Positions 36,969 to 49,690 of a stretch of 64,000 nt of DNA are shown piece after piece (the stretch's first letter is position 1; every line of letters begins with the position of its first letter). The stretch covers positions 15,130,001-15,194,000 of the forward strand of contig CM075990.1 of assembly GCA_038087875.1 (NCBI GenBank), written 5' to 3'. The stretch comes from Malacoraja senta (Eukaryota). The notes under the pieces were generated by a model. The model did not search any database and was not told where the DNA came from. It saw only the letters and a list, made by a program, of their open reading frames with translations. A program made the position numbers and the translations under genes.

Positions 36969-37569
36969 TGTAAATTGGTTCATCAAATTCTGCCATCCAG
37001 ATCCTGGGAACAGCAAAAGTTAGATTTCCTACAGGGAATAAATGAAAGCATGACCTGCTGTGAGTGTATTTATTTCCACTGCAAAATTAAATGCAACATA
37101 TCCATTTTTTTTAATGCAGAAAGAAAATGGCAACATTGCAAAATGTTGCAAAAATGACGACACTTCGCATATTCTCCCTTGGCTGTGTAGCAACTGGCAA
37201 CAAAAGTGCCACATAAGTTCTTTCTTTTCTTCGTCGCATGCAAAAATGAAGGAATCATTAATAAAATCCCATTTTCAAATGTTCCAATACTTTATTCCAA
37301 AGTGGTTTATGCTTTGGTGGGAGAAATTAGAGTTTAAAACTCCAACATGGGTTTAACACAGTCGATTTCATTCAGTTCGAAATAGCACTAGTTCAGAAAA
37401 GGGAAATTCAGACAGAACGCATGCTCCTGATGTCTCTTTCTTGATTTTCGTAGGAGAGGGGTTGGATACGTAGTTGGGAAGAACGGAGGACGTAAGTATG
37501 TGTTATTCGCTCTGACAATGTCAGTGCTGACATTGATATAAAACTCCCAGTTTGGTCTAATTTGCATTC

Positions 37570-37875
37570 ATCATAATCATACTTGATTAGCCAAGTTTTT
37601 TTTGCAACATACGAGCAATTTGATTTGCCTTACAGTCATACTAATAAAAAGCAACAGAACACACAAAACACATTTTAACATAAACATCCACCACAGTGAC
37701 TCCTCCACATTCCTCACTGTGATGGAAGGCGAAAAAAAGTTAAATCTCTCCCCTCTTTGTCCTCCAGCGGTCAGGGGCCTCTAACCTTCCGTTGACGGGA
37801 CGATTTTACTCCCGTAGCCGGTGGCGGGCCTCCTTGTCGGGGCGATTAAGCTCCTGCATCGGGGGGGGGGGGGGG
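37570..37875 (-). mobile_element. Non-autonomous retroposon 3' part (same family as 54840-55590)
   Basis: Near-identical to 54840-55140; (ATTATG)n tail on the minus strand. Confidence 0.75.
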
Positions 37876-38344
37876 GTTGATGCAGTCATTGTATTGTATA
37901 TAATGCACTATAAATGTTCGTTAGGATAATTGCCCTTTAGATTTATATATTAAACTTGAAATAACCCTATAGTTTGTTGAGGTTGGACGTCAAGGATAGA
38001 ATGTTGACTGTGTGAGGGGCTGCAAGAGGTTGGAAAGATTTGGATTATTTTCTCTGGAGAGCTATAGATTTAGTTTAGTTCATTATTTTTGCAACATGTC
38101 CCGAGGTGCAGTGAAAAGTTTTTGTTTGTGTGCTATCCAGTCAAAGAAAAGAGAGCACCATTACTTCATTGGAGACACTCGGGCTATCTTTAATCGGAAT
38201 TTACTGGACTTCATCTTGCACAAAATATTATTCCCTTTATCTTGTACATGTACACTGTGGACGGCTCAATGCAATGTCTCTCCGCTGACAGGAAGGCAAG
38301 CAACCTAAAGCTTTTCACTGTACCTCCACACACACGTATCAATA

Positions 38345-38940
38345 AACTAAACTAAACTACGCATGAATAAAATCAAACCGTCCACAATGCACAGGATACA
38401 ACATTTAGTGCAAAGATATAACATTGTAGTCCGATAAAGTCTGAATAAAGATTGTTCAAAGGTCTCTAATGAGGTAGATGAGAGGTCAGGACCACATTCC
38501 CGCTAATACGAGGACCATTCAGTTGCCTGATAACAGCCGGGAATGAATTGTTCCTGAATCTGGAAGTATGCATTTTCAAACATCTGTACCTCCGACTGAT
38601 GGGAGAGGGGAGAAGAGGGAGTGACCAGGGTGAGACTGGTCCTTGATTATGTTGGCGGCCTTGCCAAGGTAGTGTGAAGTGTAGATGAAGTCAGTGGAAG
38701 GGAGGCTGGTGTGTGTGATGGCCTGGGCTACGTCCACAACTCTCTACAATTGCTTGCGGTCTTGGATGGACTTATTCCCAAACTGGCTGTGATGCATCTG
38801 ATAAGATGCTTTCTGTGACGCATCTGCAGAGGTTGGTGAGGTTTGTTGGGGACATGCTGAACTTCCTAAGCTTTCTAAGAACTCGAGGCATTGGTGTGCT
38901 TTCTTGGCCGTATCCTTGATGTGGCTGGTTCACGACGAAT
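38345..38940 (-). mobile_element. Rex1/Babar-like LINE fragment
   Basis: Minus strand carries the IKDQSHPGHSLFSPLPS...RFRNNSFPAVIRQLN motifs. Confidence 0.75.
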
Positions 38941-38944
38941 TGCT

Positions 38945-39320
38945 GGAGACCTGATAAAAGTATATAAAGTTATGAGAGGCATAGATATGGTAGACAGTCA
39001 CAGCTTTTCTCCCAGGGTGGAAATGTCAAAGACTTTTGTCAAAGAGGGCATAGCTTTAAGGTGAGAGTGGCAGTTTAAAGGAGATGTGCGGAGCAAGTTT
39101 TTTGCACAGAAAATGGTGAGTTGCTGGAAATCGTTGTCAGAGGTGGTGGTAAAAGCAGATATGATTGTAGCATTTAAGAGGCTTTTTGACAGCTACATGT
39201 ATATGCAGGGAATAGAAGTATGCATTATGTGCAGGCCGATGAGATTTGTTTATCTTGCATCATGTTCGGCATCGATGTTGTGGACCGAAGGGCCTATTCC
39301 TGTGTTTTGCTGTTCTGCCT
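38945..39320 (+). mobile_element. CR1-like 3' fragment
   Basis: DLIKVYKVMRGID..., RGHSFKVR..., FFAQKMVSCWKSL. Confidence 0.75.
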
Positions 39321-40397
39321 TCACAGAATCAAACCACAGGCTAATTTTTTTTAAAATTGTATCTGATTGAGATTTTGAGACTTTTGTAGTTTATGACCAA
39401 TAGCAGGATAGACAACTCAATCTTATGCAGGAGATTGTCCAGAAACAATAAGTTGTCTGGACATTGAGTTCCATTCTTATCATTCGTATTAACGAGCTTA
39501 TGATTATTATCTGTGGCTCAAAATTATTTTTTCCTACTTCAGAAGCATTTCATTCAGAATTGTTATACAAAATAACAAGAATGGTGACTAACATAATGCA
39601 CTGCCTTGAGTCATATGAATAAAATCTGGGGATGCATCTGTCCCAATAGGTTGTAATTGATATTTATCTTGAATACTTGCACTATTTCTCCTTGTTGATG
39701 CATAACTGATGTTAATCCAAAATGTGAAAGAGTTTCCCTTAGTCAGATTCAGATTAATATCCAAAAGGAGCGTGACAAATCACAATCTATTTGAACAAAT
39801 CATTGTGTATTTATGTTTTTGTATCGGATACATCCAAATAGATTATATTTTTACACCAAAATGAGTGAGATGACAGGTCTGTGTAATATTATAGTGCACA
39901 TCACTTACATTGTTCTGCATTGCCTTGTGCTTGTTCAAAAGTCTGGATTCATTTACTACTATCCGCTGGAATGTTCAGCATTTTCATGAAGCAATTTAGT
40001 AATAAAATGACAAACCAGGGGTAAGATAACACCAAGCAGTTTGATTCTGGTTAAATGTATATAAATATATATTTGATGTAAATTTGATTTGTTTGCCAAA
40101 CACGTGTAAACACAAAATTTATATTTGACAAATATAACAATTGTAGATATTTATTGCCTCATCTTATTGAATTGTCTAAGCACTACACACAGTGAATTGC
40201 TCTTGTAGTGCGGTGGGTGACTGCTGTTATTTAAGTAAATGTGGCAGCAGTTCAGTGCCTCTAATGTTCAATAAATATATGTATTGTTCTCTTTTTTTTG
40301 TTGGAATTGGTTGAAGCAAGTATACTGGTAGAAATAGAGTCAAATTCATACAGCATGGAAACGCACCCTTCAGCCCAACCTGCCCCCTCTAACCAGA

Positions 40398-40655
40398 GGC
40401 ACGGCTGTTATGCCATACAGCGCCAGAGACCCAGGTTTGATCCCGACTATGGGTGCTGTCTGTATGGAGTTTGTATGTTCTCCCTGTGAAGGCGTGGGCT
40501 TTCTCGGGGTGCTTTGGTTTCCTCCCAGATTGCAAAGATGTGCAGATTTGTAGGTTAATTGACTTCTGTACATTGTTCCCTGTGAGCAGGATAGACCAAT
40601 GTGCGGGGGATCTCTGGCCAGCATGGACTCGGTGGGCCAAATGGCCCTTATCCAC
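40398..40655 (+). mobile_element. HE1/V-SINE
   Basis: SINE head, V-domain and tail; followed directly by CR1 fragments at 40665-41160. Confidence 0.8.
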
Positions 40656-41292
40656 TCTGCACCCCGATGTTGGGGGAGGCCAGAACCAGGGGCCACAGTC
40701 TAAGAATAAAGGGGAGGCCATTTAAAACTGAGATGAGAAAAAACTTTTTCACCCTGACAGTTGTGAATTTGTGGAATTCTCTGCCACAGAAGGCAGTGGA
40801 GAATTTAAAAGAGAGTTAGATGGAGGTCTAGGTGCTAGCGGATTCGAGAAATATGGGGAGAAGGCAGGCAGGGGTTACTGTTTATGGATGATCAGCCATG
40901 ATCACAATGAATGGCGGTGCTGGCTCGAAGGGCCAAATGGCCTTCTCCTGCACCTATTTTCTATGTTTCTGTTTCTCTGTTAAATCTGCACCTTCCCTTT
41001 CCCTGTACCGCTCCAAATGGCTTTTAATTGTTGGAATGGTTTAGAGAGATATGGGCCAAGCATGGGCAAATGGGAGTAGCTTAGATGGGGCATCTTGGTC
41101 AGCAAGGACTAGTTGGGCCAAAGGGACTGTTTCTGTGCTATATGACTGTGTGACCTCTGACTCTAATATTCTTTCTGATGCCATTGTTAATCCAGAACTA
41201 CTCTTTGTTAGTTTGTACTTCAGTCACGGAAGGAAGTACAAATCTATAGCACTATCTGAAAAGGGGCAACTAATTAAAGAGAGCAGAACTAA

Positions 41293-42325
41293 TGGTTTAG
41301 AGATACAGTGCGGAAACAGGGCCTTCGGCCCACCGAGACTGAACCGACCAGCGACCCCTGCACACGTACACTATCCTACACACCAGGGGCGGAAAACCCG
41401 GGGGGGGGGGGCAGAGGGGACACGTGCCCCCCATGTTTTGAGAGATGGGGACATCTCCCCCAAGTTTTTGTCACCCGGATTTTAAAATCTCCGCTTTCCG
41501 CGAGACAGTGGAGGTGGGACTGCTGATCGAGGGCGCCGATTGGACGAGAGAGACGTCGGTCAGCAGGCAATGGGGGCGGGATATGATGATTCAGCACGCT
41601 GATTGGAGGAGTGGAGGGGGGTGGGACTGAGGATAGAGTGCGGTGATTGGAGGAGGGAGACGTGGCACAGACCTGCGCCTCATCCACAGCCAGGATCGAT
41701 CCCGGCCGGGTCTCCGGCGCTGTCCCGTCCCCACCCGAGTGACCCCCCCCCCACGGGTGGCCAGAGAGGTCGGGAGTCAGACGGGAGCTGTACCCCCAGG
41801 CCCACAGCCAGCGCAGAGTAGCAGCGCTAAACCCAGCTCAACTCTGCCTGTCCCGCCAGGTTAATCTGCCTGGGCTTGCGGGAAATATGGCCAGCGCGGA
41901 GAAGCAGCGCTGGTGTCCCGTCAGTCCAGTCAGGGCTTGTAGGTGTACCCGGCGAGACAGGCAGTGTTGAGCTGCATTTAGCGCTGGATTGAGCCTCCGA
42001 AGCCTCGCGGATGTGTGTGTGAGTGTGCGCATACGCGCGCGGCCGCCAAAAAATGGTGTCCCCCCTGTCCCCCGGTCCCCTCCATATTTTGATAGCGAGT
42101 TCCGTGCTTGCTACACACCAGGGACAATCTATACTTATACCAAGCCAATTTACCTACAAACCTGTCCGTCTTTGGAGTGTGGGAGGAAACCGAAGATCTC
42201 GGAGAAAACCCACGCGGTAACGGTGATAACGCACAAACTCCGTACAGGCAGGACCCGTGGTCGGGATCAAACCCAGGTCTCTGGCGCTGTAAGGCAGCAA
42301 CTCTACCGCTGCGGCACCATGCCGC
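41293..42325 (-). mobile_element. HE1/V-SINE split by a hAT element
   Basis: SINE halves at 41293-41383 and 42111-42325. Confidence 0.85.
41384..42110. mobile_element. GC-rich non-autonomous hAT-type DNA transposon
   Basis: Perfect 8 bp TSD CTACACAC (41376-41383, 42111-42118). Imperfect TIR CAGGGGCGGAA / TTCCGTGCTTG and subterminal inverted GGGGGACA / TGTCCCCC motifs. Confidence 0.85.
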
Positions 42326-43409
42326 CAGTAGTTTGCCTGGAAACAGTTGGAAGAAGCCCCAAAATGGCTGATGTGTCCATGCAGGTGCTTCTTCCTGAGG
42401 TAAGATGTGAGGAGCATATATGTTGGGCACAGCTGACCTCCTGAGAGTGTTGCAGGCTGTTTGGATTAAAGTGGACTGTGCCAACTCCATGACCCCAGAG
42501 TGTGAAGGTCCCATACTGAACAAGGATGTCATGATAACTTGACAAATGGAATTTAAGATGGGATAGTGTAAGGTCATGCAATCCAGAAAGAGGAATCTAT
42601 AGGCAGAATGTTATCCAAATCATGAAAGTTACCGATAAATAAAGTGCAGAGGGATCTAGTTTTTTCCCCCCCAGTCTGTTTAGTTTCTATCAGCTCATCT
42701 TCTTGGATCAGGGATTGGACTTACACTACAATCCCACAATATGTACTCATGTTATTTTGTGCCATGAAATCGTACTCTGCATCGTTTACGGACAAGCTCG
42801 ACTTCATTTTGGAATCAGCTTGCTATCCAGTATTTGACTAAAGCTGCAGCCATCCGCTTTATAAACTTGTCTCTCCATCAGCCTCATTTTTTTTTGCCAA
42901 AGGTGGTTGTGAATGTGATCATTTATTATATATACTGGGTGGTATGTAAAACAACTGTGCTGTTTATATTCTACAATATGGCAATGATTTATTAACTTGG
43001 CCTTTGTTGGCCCAATGCATTTAATAATTCAGCGCTATGTTGAGCAGCATTTGTACTACTTTCTCCACAAATTTGACTTGCATATGTTGCAATCTTGTTA
43101 AGGTAACTGAATATTATTTCTGTGAGCACAAGCAGTTCTGAATTTTTACCCAGATTTTTAAAAGATTTTTGTGAATCTGAGCTTTGCAAAGGAATTAATA
43201 ATTCCTGCAGATCCTATGATTTACTGCAAGACCTTTTAATACGTCAGCCATTATATTTTAAAACAGCGCTGTTCTGATCAGGTTTCACACTTCTATGGGT
43301 GAAAATAAAGCTGGCCAACTTGCTGTTGTGTCTTCCGGCAGCTTGACTTTATGTCAGAATCTCACCAAGTTGAATGGGTTGTTGAGAGGGATAGATGGTC
43401 ATCCACATT

Positions 43410-44033
43410 GAGAAACAATGAACTGCAGATGGTGGTTTACAAAAAGACACAAAGTGCTGGAATAACTCAGCAGGTCAGGCAGCATCTCTGGAGAACACAG
43501 CGAGGTGACTATCCCCTATTTTCTATTTCTCCATCACTGCCACCTCAGTTCTCAAGATGAGGCCTTTCTATCCAGGACATCCGAGATGTCTTCTTTCTTT
43601 AGTAAACATTGTTTTCCCCTCTTGTTGTCATGGATAAATCCCTCTCCTCTGTATCCGGTAGATCTGCTGTCGCTCCCCCTCCCCCCAGATGGAACAAGGA
43701 TAGAGTTCTCCTGGTCCTCACTTTCCCCCCTCCATCAAACTCCGTCTCCAACAATCGTTCTCTGCCATCTTCAACGTGATATCTCCTCATCCCCACCCCT
43801 TTCCACCTTCGGCTGAGACCACACCCTCCATAACTCCTTGGTTCATTGATCCATTCCCATTGAAACCACCCCCTCCTCAGGTACTTGCCCCTGCAACCGC
43901 AGGAGATCTAACACCTGTCCCTCCCTATACCTCCTCCTTCACATCCATCCAGGGACCCCAGCTATACTTACAGACGAAATAGAGGTTCACATGCACCTCC
44001 TCTAATCACATCCAGTTGTGACCCTTCTTCAGA
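43410..44033 (+). mobile_element. Penelope-like element ORF relic preceded by an inverted terminal repeat
   Basis: Frameshifted SQDEAFLSRTSEMSSFF...LVLTF...HLQRD..SSPPLSTF..DH.LHNSLVH...GTCPCNRRRSNTCP.YTSSFTSIQGP...RFTCTSSN, typical of the PLE RT-to-GIY-YIG linker. 43410-43510 is an antisense family tail. Confidence 0.75.
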
Positions 44034-44178
44034 TTTTCATCATTAATCTTCCTTTTCCCAGTAGCTTGGCCACAGTTCAGTCCTACCAGGTGCCTCCAAA
44101 CCATGTTCCACCATTTGCCAAAAGTTAGCATTGAAATAACCTGAAGGCTGCTTGTGTCAGATTGATCGATGGTACATA

Positions 44179-45435
44179 TCTATATTACTAAAAGTCTGAT
44201 CTTGACCACTTCCTGTTGTTCTCTATAATGATTTTAGAAAAAACGCTGCCACTTACGGCTGTGAATTTTGGCCATCTTACTCAGAGTCCTCCTCCGCTGC
44301 GCAGGACAAGAGGATTTTTCCCATCGATTAAAAATAAAAGAGTTATTAGTGTTTAAAAAATGTTGAGATTCTCTCTCCTGAAGGCCACGCCCTTTCCGGA
44401 GGGACTATAAAACCCGGAAGTGTTGAGTGCCTCAGTCAGTCTCTGCAAGATGGGGGAGCGAGAGGGTCACGTCTCTCAGTCTGTGCTGTGAATAACACTG
44501 AACATATGTCTACTAAACTGTGAGTGGTTTTACTGGCCTGTCAGTGCCCTTAATGTGGTTTGAAAATATAGTTTGGAAATGCTAAAGCTGTGTTGCCTTT
44601 TGTTTGGAAATGCTGGAGCTGTGTTGCCTAATTAAAGTTGCCTTGCCTAATTAAAGTTGCCTTGCCTAATTAAAGTTGCCTTGCCTTCTATATAATTAAA
44701 AGTCTAACCTTGACCACTTCCTGTTTGCGCTTTATATTGATTTTAGAAAAAACGCTACCACGTACGGCTGTGAATTTTGGCCATCTTACTGAGGGTCCCC
44801 CTCCGCTCATCAGGTGCCGAGGATTTTTCCCATTGGTGAAAAATAAAAGACTTATTAGTGTTTAAAAAATGTTGAGATGCTCTCTCCTGTCAATCATGCC
44901 ATGAAGGCCACGCCCCTTCTGGTGGGAGGGAGGGAGGGAGGGACTATAAAACCCAGAAGTGTGGCCGTGGCTCAGTCTCTGCAAGATGGAGGAGGGAGAG
45001 GTCACGACTCGCTGTCTTTAGTGGCCTTGCACCCTGCTTGAAATGGTATGAAACTGCACTTGAATTTGGTGGCCTTGCACCCTGCTTGAAGTAGTAAGAA
45101 ACTGCACTTGAATTTGGTGGCCTTGCACCCTGCTTGAAATGTAATTTCAAGGAATAGCCGTGAGTCAACTGCCAGCCCACCAGCCGTGAGTTAGTGAGCT
45201 GCCAGCACAACTGGCTTGAGTGACTGAGCCGCCAGCCCAATAATCCATTCGGCCCACAATGTCCATACTAGCCCTCTGGAAACCAGTCCCTTCAGCCCAC
45301 AATACCCATACTAGCGCTCCAGAAAGCCCCCACCACTGGCCACCAATATTGGAATTAGTGGATAGGTGGAATATTGCACTGGGGGACCAGCCCTCCCGTG
45401 TGATGCTGGGACCCAACGGGTCCCACTTAGCCTAG
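44179..45435 (+). mobile_element. Non-autonomous Helitron with duplicated 5' end
   Basis: Inserted between A and T with no TSD. Starts TCTATATTACTAAAAG and ends CTAG, preceded by hairpin TGGGACCC-AAC-GGGTCCCA (45407-45425). Second 5' end TCTATATAATTAAAAG at 44687. Internal 19 bp and 49 bp tandem repeats. Confidence 0.88.
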
Positions 45436-45684
45436 TATTAATTATTGCTATCATCTGGTCTTACTCAGTTGTTTGATGTGTGAAGGCAAGTGATATAATT
45501 TGTAAGGAAGGTGGAAGGCAGCGAAATGTTCGAGCTTGGAAGGCCCAGGGTGGTCGAGGTCATTGCGCAGTTGGACATTTTGGCCAAAGTTAAGGTATAA
45601 TATTTTTGCTCAAAGATCACAGATGGTGGGAAGTCAGTTGATTAACACGAGTGATTGCTGCTCAGTCATTAGGTCTTTCCCTCA

Positions 45685-45976
45685 GGCGGCACGGTGGCGC
45701 AGCGGTAGTGTTGCTGCCTTACAGCGCCAGAGACCCGGGTTCGATCCTTACTACGGGTGCTGTGTGTATGGAGTTTGTATGTTCTCCACGCGGATTTTCT
45801 CCGGTTTCCTCCCACACTCCAAAGACGTACAGGTTTGTAGGTTAATTGGCTTGGTTAAATTGTAAATTGTCCCTAGTGTGTATAGGATAGTGTTTGTGTG
45901 CGGGGATCGCTGGTCGGTGCGGACTCGGTGGGCCGAAGGGCCTGTTCCTGCACTGTATCTCTAACTAAACTAAACA
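45685..45976 (+). mobile_element. HE1/V-SINE, near full length
   Basis: A box TGGCGCAGCGG, B box GGTTCGATCC, V-domain, (CTAAA)n tail. Confidence 0.9.
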
Positions 45977-46273
45977 AAATTAACATGTAGGCACGTGCAT
46001 AAAGAAACACATGGACCACATTTACTCCTCATACATAAATAACCTGGTGTTTCCCACTATGTGAAATCTTGCAATTGTGATTTTACTTTGAGAATTGTGA
46101 CCTGTTTAGGGGAAGAGGCTGCTTTGAGGATAAAGATAAGATGAATGTAGCATTGATGAGGTGAATGGCCACAGCCATTTTCCCAGGGTAGAGGTGTCCA
46201 AAACTACAGGGAGTAGTTTTAAGGTGAGTGGGGGTAGATTTAAAGAGACCAAGCGCCAACCTTTACACACAGA

Positions 46274-46551
46274 TCATCATCATCGTTGAAAACATCAACG
46301 GGCACAGTGCCTTACAATGCTACGACAGTAATCGCAACTTCTACTGAAGTGTGGATGGCTGTTGGCTCGCTAGGAGCTCATCTGCCCTTTGACAGGTCTT
46401 GTTTTTGGTCCAGCTGGGGGTTCCAAAGCCCCCTCCTCACCTGGCAAACCAGGTGGGGGAGATGGTTTAGTCGCCGACTATCTGACCATGGAGCAGGTAG
46501 CACGTGATTACATGGTACCCGTGGCAGGGGGGAACTCCCCCCGAACTGACC
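46274..46551 (-). mobile_element. Short structured retroposon with (GAT)n tail inserted in a CR1 fragment
   Basis: 10 bp TSD TACACACAGA (46264-46273, 46552-46561). CR1 sequence resumes on both sides. Family not recognised with certainty; possibly RTE-dependent. Confidence 0.7.
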
Positions 46552-47639
46552 TACACACAGAGGTTGGTGCATTTATGGAACGAGCTGCCAGAGGAAGAGG
46601 TAGAGGCTGTACAATTGCAATATTTCAGACACAGTTGGGCAGGTACATGGATAGGAAAGGTTTGGAAGTATATGGCTCAGCGCAGGCAAGTGGGAGTAGC
46701 TCAGTTAGGCAACTTGATCAGCATGGTTGAGGCCTGTTTTCATGCTGTATAAGTCTATGACTCTCTCAAACTGGGTCATGTACAAGATGGTTGATACAGT
46801 GGGAAGTTTTAGTTTGAGACTTCCAGATAAGAGTCCGAACCATGTTGCTCTTCCAGAAAAAATGATTTGTTATCCTTTGCCTTTGTTTGTGAAGAGCAGT
46901 AAAATGATCGTAAGAAAAGATAGTGAAATTCTCCGGATTTTTTACATATTCCTCTCAACAGGCTGATCTTTTCAAGCACTTGCAAACTAAAGTAGATATT
47001 CTTCCTGCACTGTGTGCCACCTCTGCTGGAGGTTTGTACGACGTTGCGGTTGTGGAAGTTTTATTTTTGACATGGGGGTCCAGTCACTGTGAAATATCAT
47101 GTGACTGTTGGCAATGGGGACTGTAGTGCAAGCACTTCACACTTCATTACTCACTTGCCTGCTTCAGCCCACACTGTAACTGCATCTTTCAGTGTTCATG
47201 ATCAGGAAAGTTCCAGCTGCTCATAAACAGGAACCTTTAACTCTGGAATGCCAGCACTGTTCATATTAAATTACTTTGTTAATGTTTGTGGCACATTTTG
47301 TCTGTGGGCCTTGTTGATAGGGAGCAGCGCTATCTGCAAGCAATGCCTCACAGGCCCTGCTTTTGGCACTTTCTGTTCCACCCCAAAACCTTTTGAAGAT
47401 ATTTGCTTGCTTGACAGATCCAGGTCATATGATTCCTTCTAAGTGGCTTTGTGTAATTTTTTTTTTTTCCTTTCCGAATTTGGGAGGAGGGAGTTCACAG
47501 TTCACAGTACTTCCTTATTATGTGTTGTTTGAGCAATAGTTGCTTCTTTGCGGTACACTACAACAAAAAAAAAAATGACGAAGTTGAAAGTCCCTCGTTG
47601 AGTATGTGCTTACACAAAGGTTCTTTGTGGTTTGGGCCT

Positions 47640-48130
47640 GTCAGACTTGTCAGACGTGGTAAGAAAAAGTATATTGTTTCCAGCACTTGGATTCCTTTCC
47701 TTCTGACATCTGCCACTCTGTAAAGATGATAAATTCCTGCCTCATTAGCCAGGGGTGTGGGATTACAGGCTGACAACACATTAATCACCAGCTTCTGTGG
47801 CAGGAGGACTAGCAATAGGCATTGTTAACAAAACTTTTCTAATATGTCACTCTCGTTCATGACAGCATGTAATCAATCATCTTGATTGACAGTGTTGATA
47901 GATTACACTATTTATACTTTCTGTAATGAAAGATAGCATTTCCACCTACTGTCAGTCCAGACCAGCAACACAGTATCTGTGAATAGAAATAAATACAACC
48001 AACAGTAAAAAGTAGCCCTCCACTGCTCTTTGTGTGCAGAGACAGACATTGCTGTGGCTCCGTTCTGACGCAGTTAACAATAACTTTTTGTTTGGTAACC
48101 TGGTAACAAGTCATTGGCAAGATTTAAGCC
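47640..48130. promoter_or_regulatory. Candidate intronic enhancer with PBX/MEIS/HOX site cluster
   Basis: TGACAG (47860), TGATTGAT on minus (47872-47879), TGATTGACAG (47883-47892) and TGATAGAT (47896-47903) within 45 bp of TE-free DNA. Confidence 0.5.
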
Positions 48131-49690
48131 ACTGTTTTAACTTGTTTGGCTCATGTTGTAGGTCAAGTTCTAGCGGGCACTAGTCTGTACTCGATGACTG
48201 AAAGCTTTGGCGTTTGCCTGACAGGATGACAGATGATTTTGTTACTGATGAAATATCTGCGTTTCATGATTTTAAGTGCAAATATTAAACTTGTTTTCCA
48301 TAATTGCTGTGCAAAATAAATCGGAACAGTTTGCTTTCAAAGCCAGTTACCAAACCCAAACAATTCCATCAGTCACTTTCTTTGAAGTCCTTGAAGAATT
48401 TTATTTGCAGAGTTTCAAAGTGCCTTGCGTGCAGCAAACTATTCTAAGCCAAGGCCATGGTAAATGAATAGGTTTTACTAGTCTCTGGGGATCTAAATTA
48501 TAGTGTGCGGAACTTACAAGATTCCAAATGCCAGGTGGAGTGGACAGAAATGGTCTAAAGCTTTAATCTTTCAGGAAAAGAGTTTAAGTTTAAGGCCAGA
48601 TGATTAATGAGTAGCCTGGCCATCTAAAGCCCTGTGTCACAGGACATGATTAGTAGGTGACAAGGACTGGAGCAGCATCCAGCCTGGCACTGTTTCTCCA
48701 ACATCTCATGCTTTTTCTATAATTAATGTCCCCGAGGGTATCTTTGGGTCGGGCAGGTTAAACCTGTCAGAACAGGTGTAACTGACAGCCTCCACTTGAG
48801 TGCTTCCATGGGAGGAGATGATGAGAAGGCTTCCAGATGTGGTGTTTGACCTCCGTGCTGCCATCAGACACAAAATGCATCGTGGAAACGGACCGAAAGA
48901 GAAGCTTCGAAAACTGCAGATGTTTCACTTCATAGAGCTACCACAATGCAGTCAGAGGCATTGATGGATTCTGATTATGTCCTCGTTTTATCTTGCAAAT
49001 AAGCTCTTCACAAAACGATGGATTGATGAAATCAGTGCTATTAGAAAATAAGAGTATTTAGTTTATTCTTTGTGGCCTTTAGAAACAGTGGGAAGAATTG
49101 TCAACGGTAATTCCATTAACAGTATTGACTCCTATTGTTCGAGTTCCTGGTGTTAGCGATGGCTTCCTCCCTTGTCATAGCTGTGGCAATGTATTTCAGA
49201 ATATCTCTGCCACAACAACATTGGGCAGCATAACCATTTCATTTTGGATATCTCTTGCTTTTCGCAATTGAGTGCCAAATTGTCAATGGGAGGGCACCAG
49301 TAAAAAGTTTGAGTTTAATTTAATTCTGAACTTAAAATCAATGTGTGTGAGCTTACCATTCCTTTGTTGACTTACTGCACTGACTGGAATGGACCCCATA
49401 GCAAATGCTTATTTTTGTAATGTGTAGTGATTGAGTTGAGTTGTAGAATTGTTACAACATAGAAGGAGGTAATTTGGCCCATCAAGTCCATGCTGGTTCC
49501 TTAAGGAACAATCTATTCAACCCAATTCCCTTGTGTGTATGATGTTTGCAGGTAAATCTTTCAAGTAAACGTTTTAATTTTGTCATTTTAAAGAGGTCTT
49601 TGATGATTTGGTTGTTGTGCAATAATTAGAAGCAGCTTTCATGTTGTCCAACTGCTTAGCTCTAGAGAGAGAGAGAGAGAAGAAGACTAA

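Noticed and set aside
41978..42577. 199 aa ORF, the longest in the track
   Set aside because: Runs through SINE and hAT sequence with no recognisable domain.
44620..45140. CRISPR-like array
   Set aside because: 19 bp and 49 bp units are head-to-tail with no unique spacers, inside a Helitron in vertebrate DNA.
45685..45760. tRNA genes
   Set aside because: A/B-box sequences continue into the V-domain and LINE-like tail, so they are SINE heads.
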